Of a DNA stretch of 64,000 bases, positions 39,801-47,277 are shown piece by piece. Position numbers and translations under genes: made by a program. How positions within the stretch are numbered: the stretch's first letter is position 1; every line of letters begins with the position of its first letter. Source of the DNA: an uncultured Lachnospiraceae bacterium (lineage in GTDB: Bacteria; Bacillota; Clostridia; Christensenellales; UBA1242); contig CAYJCR010000001.1 in the NCBI GenBank assembly GCA_964368755.1, forward strand, positions 3,939 to 67,938. Reading direction: 5' to 3'. Below the pieces are notes generated by a model that worked only from the letters and a program-made list of their open reading frames with translations, searched no databases and had not been told where the DNA came from.

Positions 39801-42800
39801 CTAGTTCTAACAGTGTTGATGTTTGTATCATCGTAGATACAACAGGTGCTATTTCTGTGTTAATAGATGATGTGGCCCATGCATACAAAGTAGCTCAAGT
39901 TTATGATGATAACTTTAATGCTCACGAAATAACAAATGTAGAACATATAGAATCTTATGCGCGTTGTGAGTTGTTCGAAAGGTCAGGATCCCGTGAGATT
40001 TGTTCTAATGTGAATGTTGGTTCAGTAGAAGGTAATAACAACGTTGGTGGAATAATCGGTAAGTATGAGATTAACTTAGCTATAGAAAATCCTATATATG
40101 ACAACTACAATACTGGGTCAGTATCTGGCAATTTCCATGTCGGTGGTATTGTTGGATACTCAGTAAGTGGTGTGGACAGGTGCTTTAATACAGGTACCGT
40201 TGATGGTAAAAAATATATTGGCGGTGTTGGTGGTACTATTGCAAAAGTAACGAACAGCTACAATACAGGAAGCATTTCTGCAGAGTATAATATAGCTGGT
40301 GGTGTTGCAGGCGAAGGTTATTACGTTGAGAATTGCTACAATACAGGTTCTGTTTTGGGGCAGTCATATGTTGGTGGCATAATGGGAATGGGTTATGATG
40401 CTTCTAACGATCCTGTAGCATACAATGGTGCAACAATAAAAAATAGCTATTACAGCACACAATCTATGCAACCATATTTTAATTATCTAACTTCAGATAA
40501 TAGTGTTAACATTGATGAATTGAGCTGTGGCAAGACTAATAAGGCGTTAACATATGCTGGTAATCAGTATTTAGGTGATGAATATATTTATACTATAAAC
40601 GAAGGATTGGTATTCTATTATCCAACGTTAGGTATAAATAATGACATAGAGAAGAGCATGAGCGTTTCTCTCAGACTTGTTAATGTAAATATTTTGAATG
40701 AAGATGGTTCTTATTATGGTACATATGTCATTCCAGAGACAACAACAATAGCATTCAATGATATTGTTAAGGATAGATTCGGTTATGGTTTCGAAAGATT
40801 ATACAATGAAGACGGAGATTGGGATCTAGATGATGAGATATATGAAGATGTTGTATTGACTATATCTTATTATGAATATTTTGAGAACTCTGATTCATAC
40901 TCAGAAGATGGATATTTCCTCATCACTAAGCCAGAACATTTGATTAATCTATCTGCTTTGATATATAACGACAATGATAATTATGCTACCTTAACTTATG
41001 TGCTAGGTAATAATATTGATATGTCTGGCATAGACTTTATTCCTATTGGCAACGAGTATGCTACAGAGTTGCCATTCAGAGGAGTATTTGATGGCCAAGG
41101 ATATACAATAAACAATCTAACAATTTCTGGTCAAAATGGTCATAAAGATATTAAGATCTGTGGTTATGAGAAGTCAACTCCTGACTATAGTCATATTGGA
41201 TTGTTTGGATATGTTTGCCAAGATGAAAACATGATTGCTGAAAATAAAGAAACTGGAGTTGTTAAGAATCTTGGACTAATTGGTGGTAATATTTCGGCTT
41301 TGGCTAGCAATGTAACAGGAACACATGCAAAAGATAATGTTGGTTCGATTATAGGACTATCTAATGGTGCTAGTCTTAACAACTGCTTTAGTACAGCCAA
41401 AGTGTATGGAAAAGTTAATGCCGGAGGTCTTATTGGTAAGATCACGGGAGATCTTGTAAGCAATCAGTTGTATAATCTTGCGTTTAACGGCGTGGTTACA
41501 TGTGTTGAACTTGGCGAGACAGTTGGCTTTGGATCCAACTTCGGTGCATTGATTGGAGAAGTTCAATCTGATAACATTGCTGAAGATTTCATTATGAATG
41601 CTTATGTAGTTGGGCCTGTATATATGAGATCTGATAATACCAATAGAGTCATATCGATTATTGGTAACAGCAATAGCAGCAACTTTACTTCGTTAAGAGA
41701 TAATGATACGTTGTACTATATTAGCGATGCTACAAGTGGTACGGCGATTAATAGAAGTGGTCTTGGTATTTCTAAGACTATGAAACAAATACTTATTGAT
41801 GAATTATATGAGATATGCGATGATATGTCACTATTGAGTGTGGAGCATGATGTAGATACTTATTTTTATCCACAAATAGAGATTTTCGTTGAAAGGAATA
41901 ATGCAGAAGCGATGAATGCTTTGTCAAGAAATATCTACGTTGTATCATTCTATAGTAATGGTGCAGATAGAACATTTGACACGTTGTATTTATTCGAAGA
42001 AAATTACAAATTGAATGCTGAGGATTATTTGGTCAGTATAGATAATTATACATTCTCAGGCTGGTATGCTTTTGGTAGTGAAAAATGGGATTTTGACTCA
42101 ACAGTTAACACAAGTATGAATCTTGTTGCAAAATGGAAAGTCGATTCTACCGAAGTATCAATATCGGCAAGTACCGATTCTATTGTATACAATACAGGCG
42201 AGATAGTTTTGTATACAAATGCGCAGAACAGTTTTGCTCAAAGCAATGGTATAGAATATGAATATATGTGGTTAAAAGATGGCATAGAAATACCAAATGC
42301 AACGGGTCGTTCATTAAGATTAACAGAAGTTTCCCAATCTGGTGAATATACATGCATGGTAATAGTATCAGATGGTATATGTTACAATATTGACAAATCA
42401 AACGTAGTTACGGTCAATATACGTAAAGCAGTTTTTCCACAAGAGGTAGAGGCCCCAACGATTGAACCAGTTACATATTCTAAGGATATGAAACTTTCTG
42501 ACATAGAGTTGCCTGATAATTATTATTGGTTAGACCCAGATCAAGAGCTTAGTGCTACAGAAGGTACAAGATATGAGATGTATTATGAACCAGAAAATAA
42601 GAATTATGGCAATGTTGAGTCTTTGTATGCAATAGTTAAGGTTACAAAACTTGATACTGTTATCAACGTGGATATGGTTCGCACAGAATACACATATACG
42701 GGTAGCGAAATAGTTGTTGATAGTGGTGCAACAAGCAACTCTCCAATTCTCATCATGTATAATAACAATAAAATAATGGAACCTGGAGAATACGAAGTTA

Positions 42801-43597
42801 CAATCTATACTTTGGATAGCGTTAATTACAACCCAGCAGAAGTAAAAGTAACTGTTCATGTTGACAAAGCTGAAGGAATAATTGCAGCGAATGAAGTTCA
42901 GTATTGTATATTTAATGGACAGAAACATAATGTCAAAGTTCATATGAATAATACTGAGCAAGAACTTCAATATACTGAAAAATCAGGATATACGAATATC
43001 GGTGCATATGACATAAGTGTTAAGGCACTCGCAAGTTCTCATTATACAGAGTCAAACACTGTCAATATTAGGTTGATTATATTAAAAGACCGTATTAGCA
43101 CTGTAGAGGGTAATAATCCTCAGATAACGATAATAAGTAACCAAGGTATAAATGACGAAGCAAGTGTAGTTGCAAATATTGTTGACAATCAAAATATGAT
43201 TGATAGAGCTAAGCTTATTGTTGCAAGGGATTGTGATGAAAAATTATTGTTCGGAACATTGATAAACATTGAAGTGAATAATGCAACAAGACTTGCAGAG
43301 CCAACTGTTAGACTTGCGTTGCCAGAAGAGCTTAAGGGCAAGGCGACATATCAGGTTGTGTATATCGCTGACGATGGGACATCAGAGGAGCTAGCAACAA
43401 CTATTGATGGAGATTATATCGTATTTGATACTTTACATTTCTCAAATTATGCAATATTGTACAAAGAAGCTCCACAAAAAGTTGAAGTGTGGAAGATTAT
43501 ATTACCAATAAGTATAATACTTGTAGGACTTGCAACCATTGTTGTTGTCTATATAATATCCAAAGTTCAATTCAAAAAAAATAAAAAGCAAAGGTAA
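33851..43597 (+). CDS. Giant (3,248 aa) multi-module surface protein: signal peptide, five GLUG/beta-helix-type modules, Listeria-Bacteroides repeats, Ig-like and MBG-like modules, C-terminal TM anchor
   Basis: Start taken at ATG 33851 (AAAGGAAA RBS); the ORF track starts at TTG 33833. Signal-like N-terminus is MKYICLSLAIILLGTILLTKTSNDSVAYA. About 28 (N/Y)xGGI(V/A)G turns. Five module caps of the type PY/PF-x-I-x-T...L....DI..FDGxGYxIxNL. C-terminus is VWKIILPISIILVGLATIVVVYIISKVQFKKNKKQR. Confidence 0.85.
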   Translation: MHTKANSIIVNIMKYICLSLAIILLGTILLTKTSNDSVAYAVDNNEEIETLAEEQINTETLATDYSNLPIRYIGTAQELQNMAVERYKNVLTNDIVLPNGFSSIGVYYGAFDGAGYTISNVTNAIFDDVTGLVENIVVADSTSTSTAFIANSIHTGTTIKNCTIQDTCSINTTSSIAGGIVGRILGGSIINCTNHAAVRARNYAGGIAGLADGVSSSIENCINSGIISVASGKCCGGILGYKEGILNGYITTIKSCMSSTTIVGGCSSNTHTKSEKEYLLYPEENALEEVVNPGGEFLGYRIFYTKKVASWVPENENYMVTDSDMSDYAYMSKNIFGLKFIAEGVGRYYTSRNGGSYQVLKYYTKKEVRYFKYVNRIIFSSAVEISSSTYNSRTGIASILSQYIDVKNCRALNPISATYMFSDIVCQGSGTQEDPYRITNIDELYTMLLWYYNGGTAKHYKLMNDIDLRVNNRVGFRSNENNWLEVTFPRDSSFDGNGFSLSGLYMYSLGFAYENNGTIKNFTISESTILSSAYDDVGAFATINNGIIDNCCFGVNTYLAKGGLLVGINCGTIKNCYTASDEYNCAYQVGGIAEKNVGGTITNCINNAKLSGSSAKAGIVCENKGGTLSHCINYGYISSTNSYAGGIVAQSYMLDDEISTIEYCYNRLNNDALTWGATAGGIVAEDNYSAISYCINEQNITGSNRAGGIVGYSQGSNISYSINGKVQPTGNQYATITGRTIGGIIGYSANNTVVDYCYNSGRLVSINTVGGLIGTIYNGGTISNSYSIGQILFDENRISSYGESAGLLIGNIVEKTQDVTITKCFASKEFFLIPEKEISLIGSGVSTIVDSSILDSEAMYYENDNKLFGSDQKWSYYDSPIEEDHYFPQLAWLTNAFEEDEYYQSTGNECSYREYFKYYEVLWNVNFIDSNGQIIDSKVVRNNEFVSPYEYVTIAYDVQGWALNRNGSIYDFNKPINRDRNFYLIYTPYFDDELKNNPDGTEEKPFVLSTAKHLQAMSDLFNGDNAYKYIEKRYILKNDISFGRNDNYNDENNTNFVSMGLTTGSTFGGVFDGCGYSIKNIMVSSTSLDIGLFYYNNGSIKNLTIYGEFSSTADNVGGFAGTNNGTIEACRNVCKVTGNFNVGGIAGYNQGSIIDCANDGSIIAKENIGGIVGISNNGTISHTYNTGYIISSKGSGVGGIVGSCNNTSINSVYNAGEIVGYSDMISDSAAGLLVGYLNNSTVTNGYALDNEYINLLGYIINSSSSSSYEMPIYKLSYYDNMVFGNDSRWGYMPGDYDNGYAYYPYLTVLDYDEQYESLIADIYSPHIFSKGRGTIDNPFVITTAQQLQTVMFLADNGARYNEIIKDSLIQTLYNEVIDYIANEDNGAKLLLHMDFSNACYKIGCDITFKENYIDDLHTYNFYPINSEYIANNVGQGPSFSGVIDGGGNTIKGLIIKALPSYGNAYQVGLVGNLFGTGELDNIGTSTDIDGRKGVIKNLTIKNSKYVFDDANKSSQIYVGAFAGDSNNGIIYNCNSVNNDLAFRNSCQELRIGGIVGRATAMEIRDCTNRSSVYASLLGIQNGAGDLGGIAGSANATKILNCTNFGYIHGIGHKGGIAAVTGNLSNINNCINYGDVFSVKVAILQITQYAGGIVGQGSAVDCVNFGVITGDSSPTGGIVGEGKANYCTNYGRVSTTGTSYSCGGIAGTGIVYDSINNGEVYGTSILEVFDDCLGGIVGYGRAVGCTNNGNVNGTSNNVGGIVGNYSIKNDLTLQQWQTGLCSTKDIIRIAETEIDVLYCDCNVFSELLENSGDMSNINKHTSAQMYDSTAVAFDNVSQSFVELLSNYNISEENIISLTELSDTYSLYSNFHSKLKQLYLSSNDSVAKQFNESFTEGMLVGINRPYIVECGLPTIPSINEIRSIIARLFGYSDVNTFVEYAQALASEYEDNALGASNETLASRLKYNGAVYTENGCFVLPFVFKNASSNSVDVCIIVDTTGAISVLIDDVAHAYKVAQVYDDNFNAHEITNVEHIESYARCELFERSGSREICSNVNVGSVEGNNNVGGIIGKYEINLAIENPIYDNYNTGSVSGNFHVGGIVGYSVSGVDRCFNTGTVDGKKYIGGVGGTIAKVTNSYNTGSISAEYNIAGGVAGEGYYVENCYNTGSVLGQSYVGGIMGMGYDASNDPVAYNGATIKNSYYSTQSMQPYFNYLTSDNSVNIDELSCGKTNKALTYAGNQYLGDEYIYTINEGLVFYYPTLGINNDIEKSMSVSLRLVNVNILNEDGSYYGTYVIPETTTIAFNDIVKDRFGYGFERLYNEDGDWDLDDEIYEDVVLTISYYEYFENSDSYSEDGYFLITKPEHLINLSALIYNDNDNYATLTYVLGNNIDMSGIDFIPIGNEYATELPFRGVFDGQGYTINNLTISGQNGHKDIKICGYEKSTPDYSHIGLFGYVCQDENMIAENKETGVVKNLGLIGGNISALASNVTGTHAKDNVGSIIGLSNGASLNNCFSTAKVYGKVNAGGLIGKITGDLVSNQLYNLAFNGVVTCVELGETVGFGSNFGALIGEVQSDNIAEDFIMNAYVVGPVYMRSDNTNRVISIIGNSNSSNFTSLRDNDTLYYISDATSGTAINRSGLGISKTMKQILIDELYEICDDMSLLSVEHDVDTYFYPQIEIFVERNNAEAMNALSRNIYVVSFYSNGADRTFDTLYLFEENYKLNAEDYLVSIDNYTFSGWYAFGSEKWDFDSTVNTSMNLVAKWKVDSTEVSISASTDSIVYNTGEIVLYTNAQNSFAQSNGIEYEYMWLKDGIEIPNATGRSLRLTEVSQSGEYTCMVIVSDGICYNIDKSNVVTVNIRKAVFPQEVEAPTIEPVTYSKDMKLSDIELPDNYYWLDPDQELSATEGTRYEMYYEPENKNYGNVESLYAIVKVTKLDTVINVDMVRTEYTYTGSEIVVDSGATSNSPILIMYNNNKIMEPGEYEVTIYTLDSVNYNPAEVKVTVHVDKAEGIIAANEVQYCIFNGQKHNVKVHMNNTEQELQYTEKSGYTNIGAYDISVKALASSHYTESNTVNIRLIILKDRISTVEGNNPQITIISNQGINDEASVVANIVDNQNMIDRAKLIVARDCDEKLLFGTLINIEVNNATRLAEPTVRLALPEELKGKATYQVVYIADDGTSEELATTIDGDYIVFDTLHFSNYAILYKEAPQKVEVWKIILPISIILVGLATIVVVYIISKVQFKKNKKQR

Positions 43598-43625
43598 GCA
43601 AAACTGCATAAGCCTTTGCTTTTTT
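43596..43625 (+). terminator. Candidate terminator after the giant gene
   Basis: AAGCAAA ... TTTGCTT 7-bp stem followed by a T-run. Confidence 0.5.
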
Positions 43626-43668
43626 ATTATAAAACTAATAATAATAGATGGCAAAAAACGAGTTGTTA

Positions 43669-43697
43669 TTGACATCAAACATATTGTATGATATTAT
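43669..43697 (+). promoter_or_regulatory. Candidate promoter of the 43732 gene
   Basis: TTGACA - 17 nt - TATTAT. Confidence 0.5.
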
Positions 43698-43731
43698 TAT
43701 AATAACAAAAATATACTAGGGGAGAAAAAAT

Positions 43732-45996
43732 ATGGCAAGGTATACCGAAAAACAACTTAATGAACTTTTGCTCAAAGAGTCTATCATGAGAGATGCTTTG
43801 AACAAGGCTGGTGATGCTGCATCTAAGGGACTTATTGATAGGCTTAATGTTCAATATGCAAAACTTCAGAAAAAAGTTGACGAATATCCAAAGAAGGCTG
43901 CTGAACAAGATAAAGAGAAGTTCGATCTTCTTATTATTAGTTATAGAGCTATGGAAAAAGCTGAGGTTGAAGAAGCGGTAAGAGAACAACTCCGTCAGAA
44001 TGAAAAAGGCTTAACTAAGGCCAAAGAAGATAAGCTTCTTGCTGACCCATTGAAGTTTGGTAAAGAACTTGAAGATACTATTGGCAAAGATGTTCAAGCA
44101 AAAGCTAAGAGAAAGCAAGAGGGCAACGAACTAATAGAAGATTATGTAACAGCTGATGGAACCTTGACTGCTGTCCCAGATAGAGTTCTTGAGAAATATA
44201 TGAAAGGGAACGAATTGATTTTCCCTAGGAACCTTCGTATACACGCAATCAATGCATTATTCGAAAAACACTCAACTTTGAAGACTAAAGTTGTGGGATT
44301 TGGTAGATTCCCAAATACTTTGACAAGAATTGATGCACATGTGTTCGAAGGTTGTCAGAATCTTACTATGATCAAACTTCCTGCAGGATTAAAGTCTATT
44401 GGTAGCTTTGCTTTTAAAGATTGTGCATCATTGAGAGATGTGTGGTTGCCAAAATATTTGACAACTATATATCCAGCTGCTTTTATGAATACAAACATTA
44501 CGAGAGTGAACTTGCCAGAAGATATAGATGAGATCGGGGATTTTGCCTTCAAGAACTGCTATGCTCTTAATGACATATATATACCTGACAAACTTAACAA
44601 GATTGGTGTTGGAGCTTTTGCTGGAGCCAATATCAAAGAGTTCAGGGTAGGTAAGGATAACGAGATTTATTCCACAATCGACGGCAACTTGTACGATAAG
44701 CAAGGAGAGACTCTTATTGCCTACGCTGGTGGTAAAGATGATATGACAATAACTGTTAGTAAAGGCACTAAGCACATTGGTGCATATGCATTCGCAGGAT
44801 TGTGTTCACAAAAAGATCCAGCTACAGGCTGCTTCGTTCGTCCAGCTAGAGAACTTATTAATTTGCCGGATACTGTTGAGACTATTGACACAGCAGCATT
44901 CAAAGAAGCAAATGTTGAAGTAATCGATTTGTCACAAACAAAGGTTGAGACATTGCCAGAGAGCTTTGCAGAAGGATCACAAGTTCGAGAAGTCAAAGGC
45001 TTAGAGGATATTAAAATAATCGAAGCAAAGGCATTGAAAGACACTACAGAGTATGCAGCTCCACTTATTATCAATGCAGAGAAGATTGGTGATGAGGCTT
45101 TTGCCGGAACGGGTGCAACAGTATTAGAAATCAAAAAACCTGCCATACTTGGAAGTAATCTCATTGCAGGTAGTAGCATTGAGACATTGCTCGTAGAAGC
45201 TCTTCCTCTTAGCATGATGGGAGATGCATTCTTTGGAGCAACGAAGCTTAGAGAAGCAGCTTTGGTTAGAGAAATGTTCTTTGATAAGAATGGCAAGATG
45301 CTAGCCGGTGCTGCATTGAAAAGCAGAATTCACAAATACTTCCCAGATTCTAATCAACTTGAGGTTCTTAGTTTCTTGATGGGAGAAGAAAATTGTTGCA
45401 TGATTGCGTATCAGATAGAGAATAAGAGTGGCGACTTAGTAACATATTTTAGAAGAGAATCATGTGTGAAGAGCAAAGCAGAGGAGAATGGCCAAACTGT
45501 TCTAAAGTCGGAAAATGAGGTCTCTGAGGCTGTGGTAGCAAGTACTGAGGATGGGACAGCAGTTGTATTAGGTCATGAGGTGTCCGTTACTACAAAAGAA
45601 ACTGGAGAAGGTTCTACCAAACGCAAACAAAGATTCAAACAAGAAACTGTTTCTGCTAGAGTTCTTGGCGAGCGCGATGTTCCAACTGACATCTCCGGTG
45701 CAAATGTAGAAATCACGACTCCTAGTGGAGAAAAATGCGTTATAAGCGCTCAAGTAGGAGTGTCTCGCGAGAATGGAAAAGTCTCACTTACAAGCTATAG
45801 CGCTCAACAAGTTGTCGCAAATCTAGAAGCTCAAGAACAGCCACAATTAGAGGAAGCTCCATATAGACCAACAGCAGAAGAAATAGCGGCTGAGGAAGCC
45901 AGAGTTGAAAGTGAAATTGATGTTAAAAAAACGCTAGCAGGTGAAACGGCTGAGTTTGTTCAAACGCTTAAGTACCATAGAGATACAAAGGATTAA
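43732..45996 (+). CDS. BspA-type leucine-rich-repeat protein with coiled-coil N-domain and acidic C-domain, no signal peptide
   Basis: GGGGAG RBS. The central ~330 aa carry repeats of the type IGxxAFxxCxxLxxIxIPxxV (e.g. IDAHVFEGCQNLTMIKLPAGLKSIGSFAFKDCASLRDVWLP). The N-terminus MARYTEKQLNELLLKE is hydrophilic. Confidence 0.8.
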   Translation: MARYTEKQLNELLLKESIMRDALNKAGDAASKGLIDRLNVQYAKLQKKVDEYPKKAAEQDKEKFDLLIISYRAMEKAEVEEAVREQLRQNEKGLTKAKEDKLLADPLKFGKELEDTIGKDVQAKAKRKQEGNELIEDYVTADGTLTAVPDRVLEKYMKGNELIFPRNLRIHAINALFEKHSTLKTKVVGFGRFPNTLTRIDAHVFEGCQNLTMIKLPAGLKSIGSFAFKDCASLRDVWLPKYLTTIYPAAFMNTNITRVNLPEDIDEIGDFAFKNCYALNDIYIPDKLNKIGVGAFAGANIKEFRVGKDNEIYSTIDGNLYDKQGETLIAYAGGKDDMTITVSKGTKHIGAYAFAGLCSQKDPATGCFVRPARELINLPDTVETIDTAAFKEANVEVIDLSQTKVETLPESFAEGSQVREVKGLEDIKIIEAKALKDTTEYAAPLIINAEKIGDEAFAGTGATVLEIKKPAILGSNLIAGSSIETLLVEALPLSMMGDAFFGATKLREAALVREMFFDKNGKMLAGAALKSRIHKYFPDSNQLEVLSFLMGEENCCMIAYQIENKSGDLVTYFRRESCVKSKAEENGQTVLKSENEVSEAVVASTEDGTAVVLGHEVSVTTKETGEGSTKRKQRFKQETVSARVLGERDVPTDISGANVEITTPSGEKCVISAQVGVSRENGKVSLTSYSAQQVVANLEAQEQPQLEEAPYRPTAEEIAAEEARVESEIDVKKTLAGETAEFVQTLKYHRDTKD

Positions 45997-46003
45997 AGAT
46001 AAA

Positions 46004-46064
46004 TAATTCATATAAACAACCTTGATATTGTAACAAACAGTGATGTTTGATTCAATATAGGGGT
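46004..46064 (+). terminator. Long compound hairpin terminator
   Basis: Outer AAACAACC/GGTTGTTT, middle ATATTG/CAATAT and inner ACAAAC/GTTTG stems, followed by T8. Confidence 0.65.
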
Positions 46065-46268
46065 TGTTTTTTTTGCGTAATAGATTGTTGCAATTATTAA
46101 TCATTAAAACAATTGTAGTGATATGTCTGAATAAATCAATAATGTTCACATAAATATTTTGATAAGAACACAAAAATAAAAATATGTGCATATTGCACAA
46201 AATAATTATGTAAAAGTGGTTGTCAAAAGTTATTCTACTTTGTTATACTAATGCTAGCGAGGTTATTT

Positions 46269-47195
46269 ATGTCGAAGGTATATGATGTTGTTATATTAGG
46301 TGGTGGTCCAGCAGCTATTACTGCTGGTATTTATGCTAGGAGAGCAGGTCTTGACTGTATCATTATAGAGAGGTCTATGCCAGGTGGACAAGTGGGCACG
46401 ACATACGAAGTGTGCAACTTCCCTGGGACGATCAAGACTACCGGCATCGATTTGGCAACAAAGTTCTTCGAACATGCCAACTCTCTCAATATTGAGTTCG
46501 TTTTTGAAGAAGTGAAGAGCACTATTCTTGATGGAGATATCAAGACAATAGAAACCTTCGGAGGAACATATAAAGGTAGAACTGTCATAATATGTTTAGG
46601 GGCGGCAGTGCGCAAGCTCAACCTTGATAACGAGAGAAAATATATTGGTAAAGGAATAAGTTACTGTGCTACATGTGATGGCAGTTTGTTCAAAGGCAAA
46701 GATGTCGTTGTTGTGGGTGGGGGTAATACTGCAATAGAAGATGCTTTGTATTTGGCAAATATAGTTAACAAAGTTTATTTAGTACACCGTAGAGATGAGT
46801 TTAGAGCAGAGAAGATACTTAGTGATAGTCTCAAAAGCAAGTCGAATGTAGAACTTGTATTGAGTAGTGTTGTGACTGCTATAGATGGCAATGAAGCTGT
46901 TGATAGTATAACGGTCAACAATCTTGTAACCAAAGCTGATAGGAAGATTGATACACAAGGTGTGTTTGTAGCTATTGGCAGAGGCCCAGATACTGATGTC
47001 GTTGCTGGAGTCAAACTTGATGAGAAGGGATACATTATCTCTGACGAAAAGATGAGAACCAATATAGCAGGAGTCTTTGTTGCGGGAGATATACGCAACA
47101 CTCCACTTAGACAGATTGTGACTGCTTGTAGTGATGGAGCGATTGCAGCTACTAGTGCTTTTGAATATATTTCACTTAACAAAACGAAGAAATAA
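46269..47195 (+). CDS. trxB: Thioredoxin-disulfide reductase
   Basis: VVILGGGPAA FAD motif, CATCDG redox centre and VVVVGGGNTA NADPH motif. Start at MSKVYDV with a GAGG RBS. Confidence 0.95.
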   Translation: MSKVYDVVILGGGPAAITAGIYARRAGLDCIIIERSMPGGQVGTTYEVCNFPGTIKTTGIDLATKFFEHANSLNIEFVFEEVKSTILDGDIKTIETFGGTYKGRTVIICLGAAVRKLNLDNERKYIGKGISYCATCDGSLFKGKDVVVVGGGNTAIEDALYLANIVNKVYLVHRRDEFRAEKILSDSLKSKSNVELVLSSVVTAIDGNEAVDSITVNNLVTKADRKIDTQGVFVAIGRGPDTDVVAGVKLDEKGYIISDEKMRTNIAGVFVAGDIRNTPLRQIVTACSDGAIAATSAFEYISLNKTKK

Positions 47196-47218
47196 TAAGG
47201 AATACTTATGATAAAAAG

Positions 47219-47249
47219 AATGAATTAAATTGCTTAATTCATTTTTTTT
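47219..47249 (+). terminator. Rho-independent terminator after trxB
   Basis: AATGAATTAA attgc TTAATTCATT followed by a T-run to 47249. Confidence 0.8.
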
Positions 47250-47277
47250 GTTATATTTTTTTATATTTGGAGGGAAT

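Noticed and set aside
34000-41600. Highly periodic GGTGGTATTG-type DNA repeats that could be mistaken for a repeat array or CRISPR-like structure.
   Set aside because: They are in frame inside one continuous ORF, irregularly spaced, and encode the GGI(V/A)G turns of the protein. There are no spacer/repeat architecture and no cas genes.
47230-47277. TTG 47230 (ORF-track start) or TTG 47248 as the glmM start.
   Set aside because: Both codons lie inside the trxB terminator hairpin or U-tract and have no SD. They would add a hydrophobic poly-Phe/Leu peptide not seen in GlmM. The SD at 47269-47274 points to 47278.
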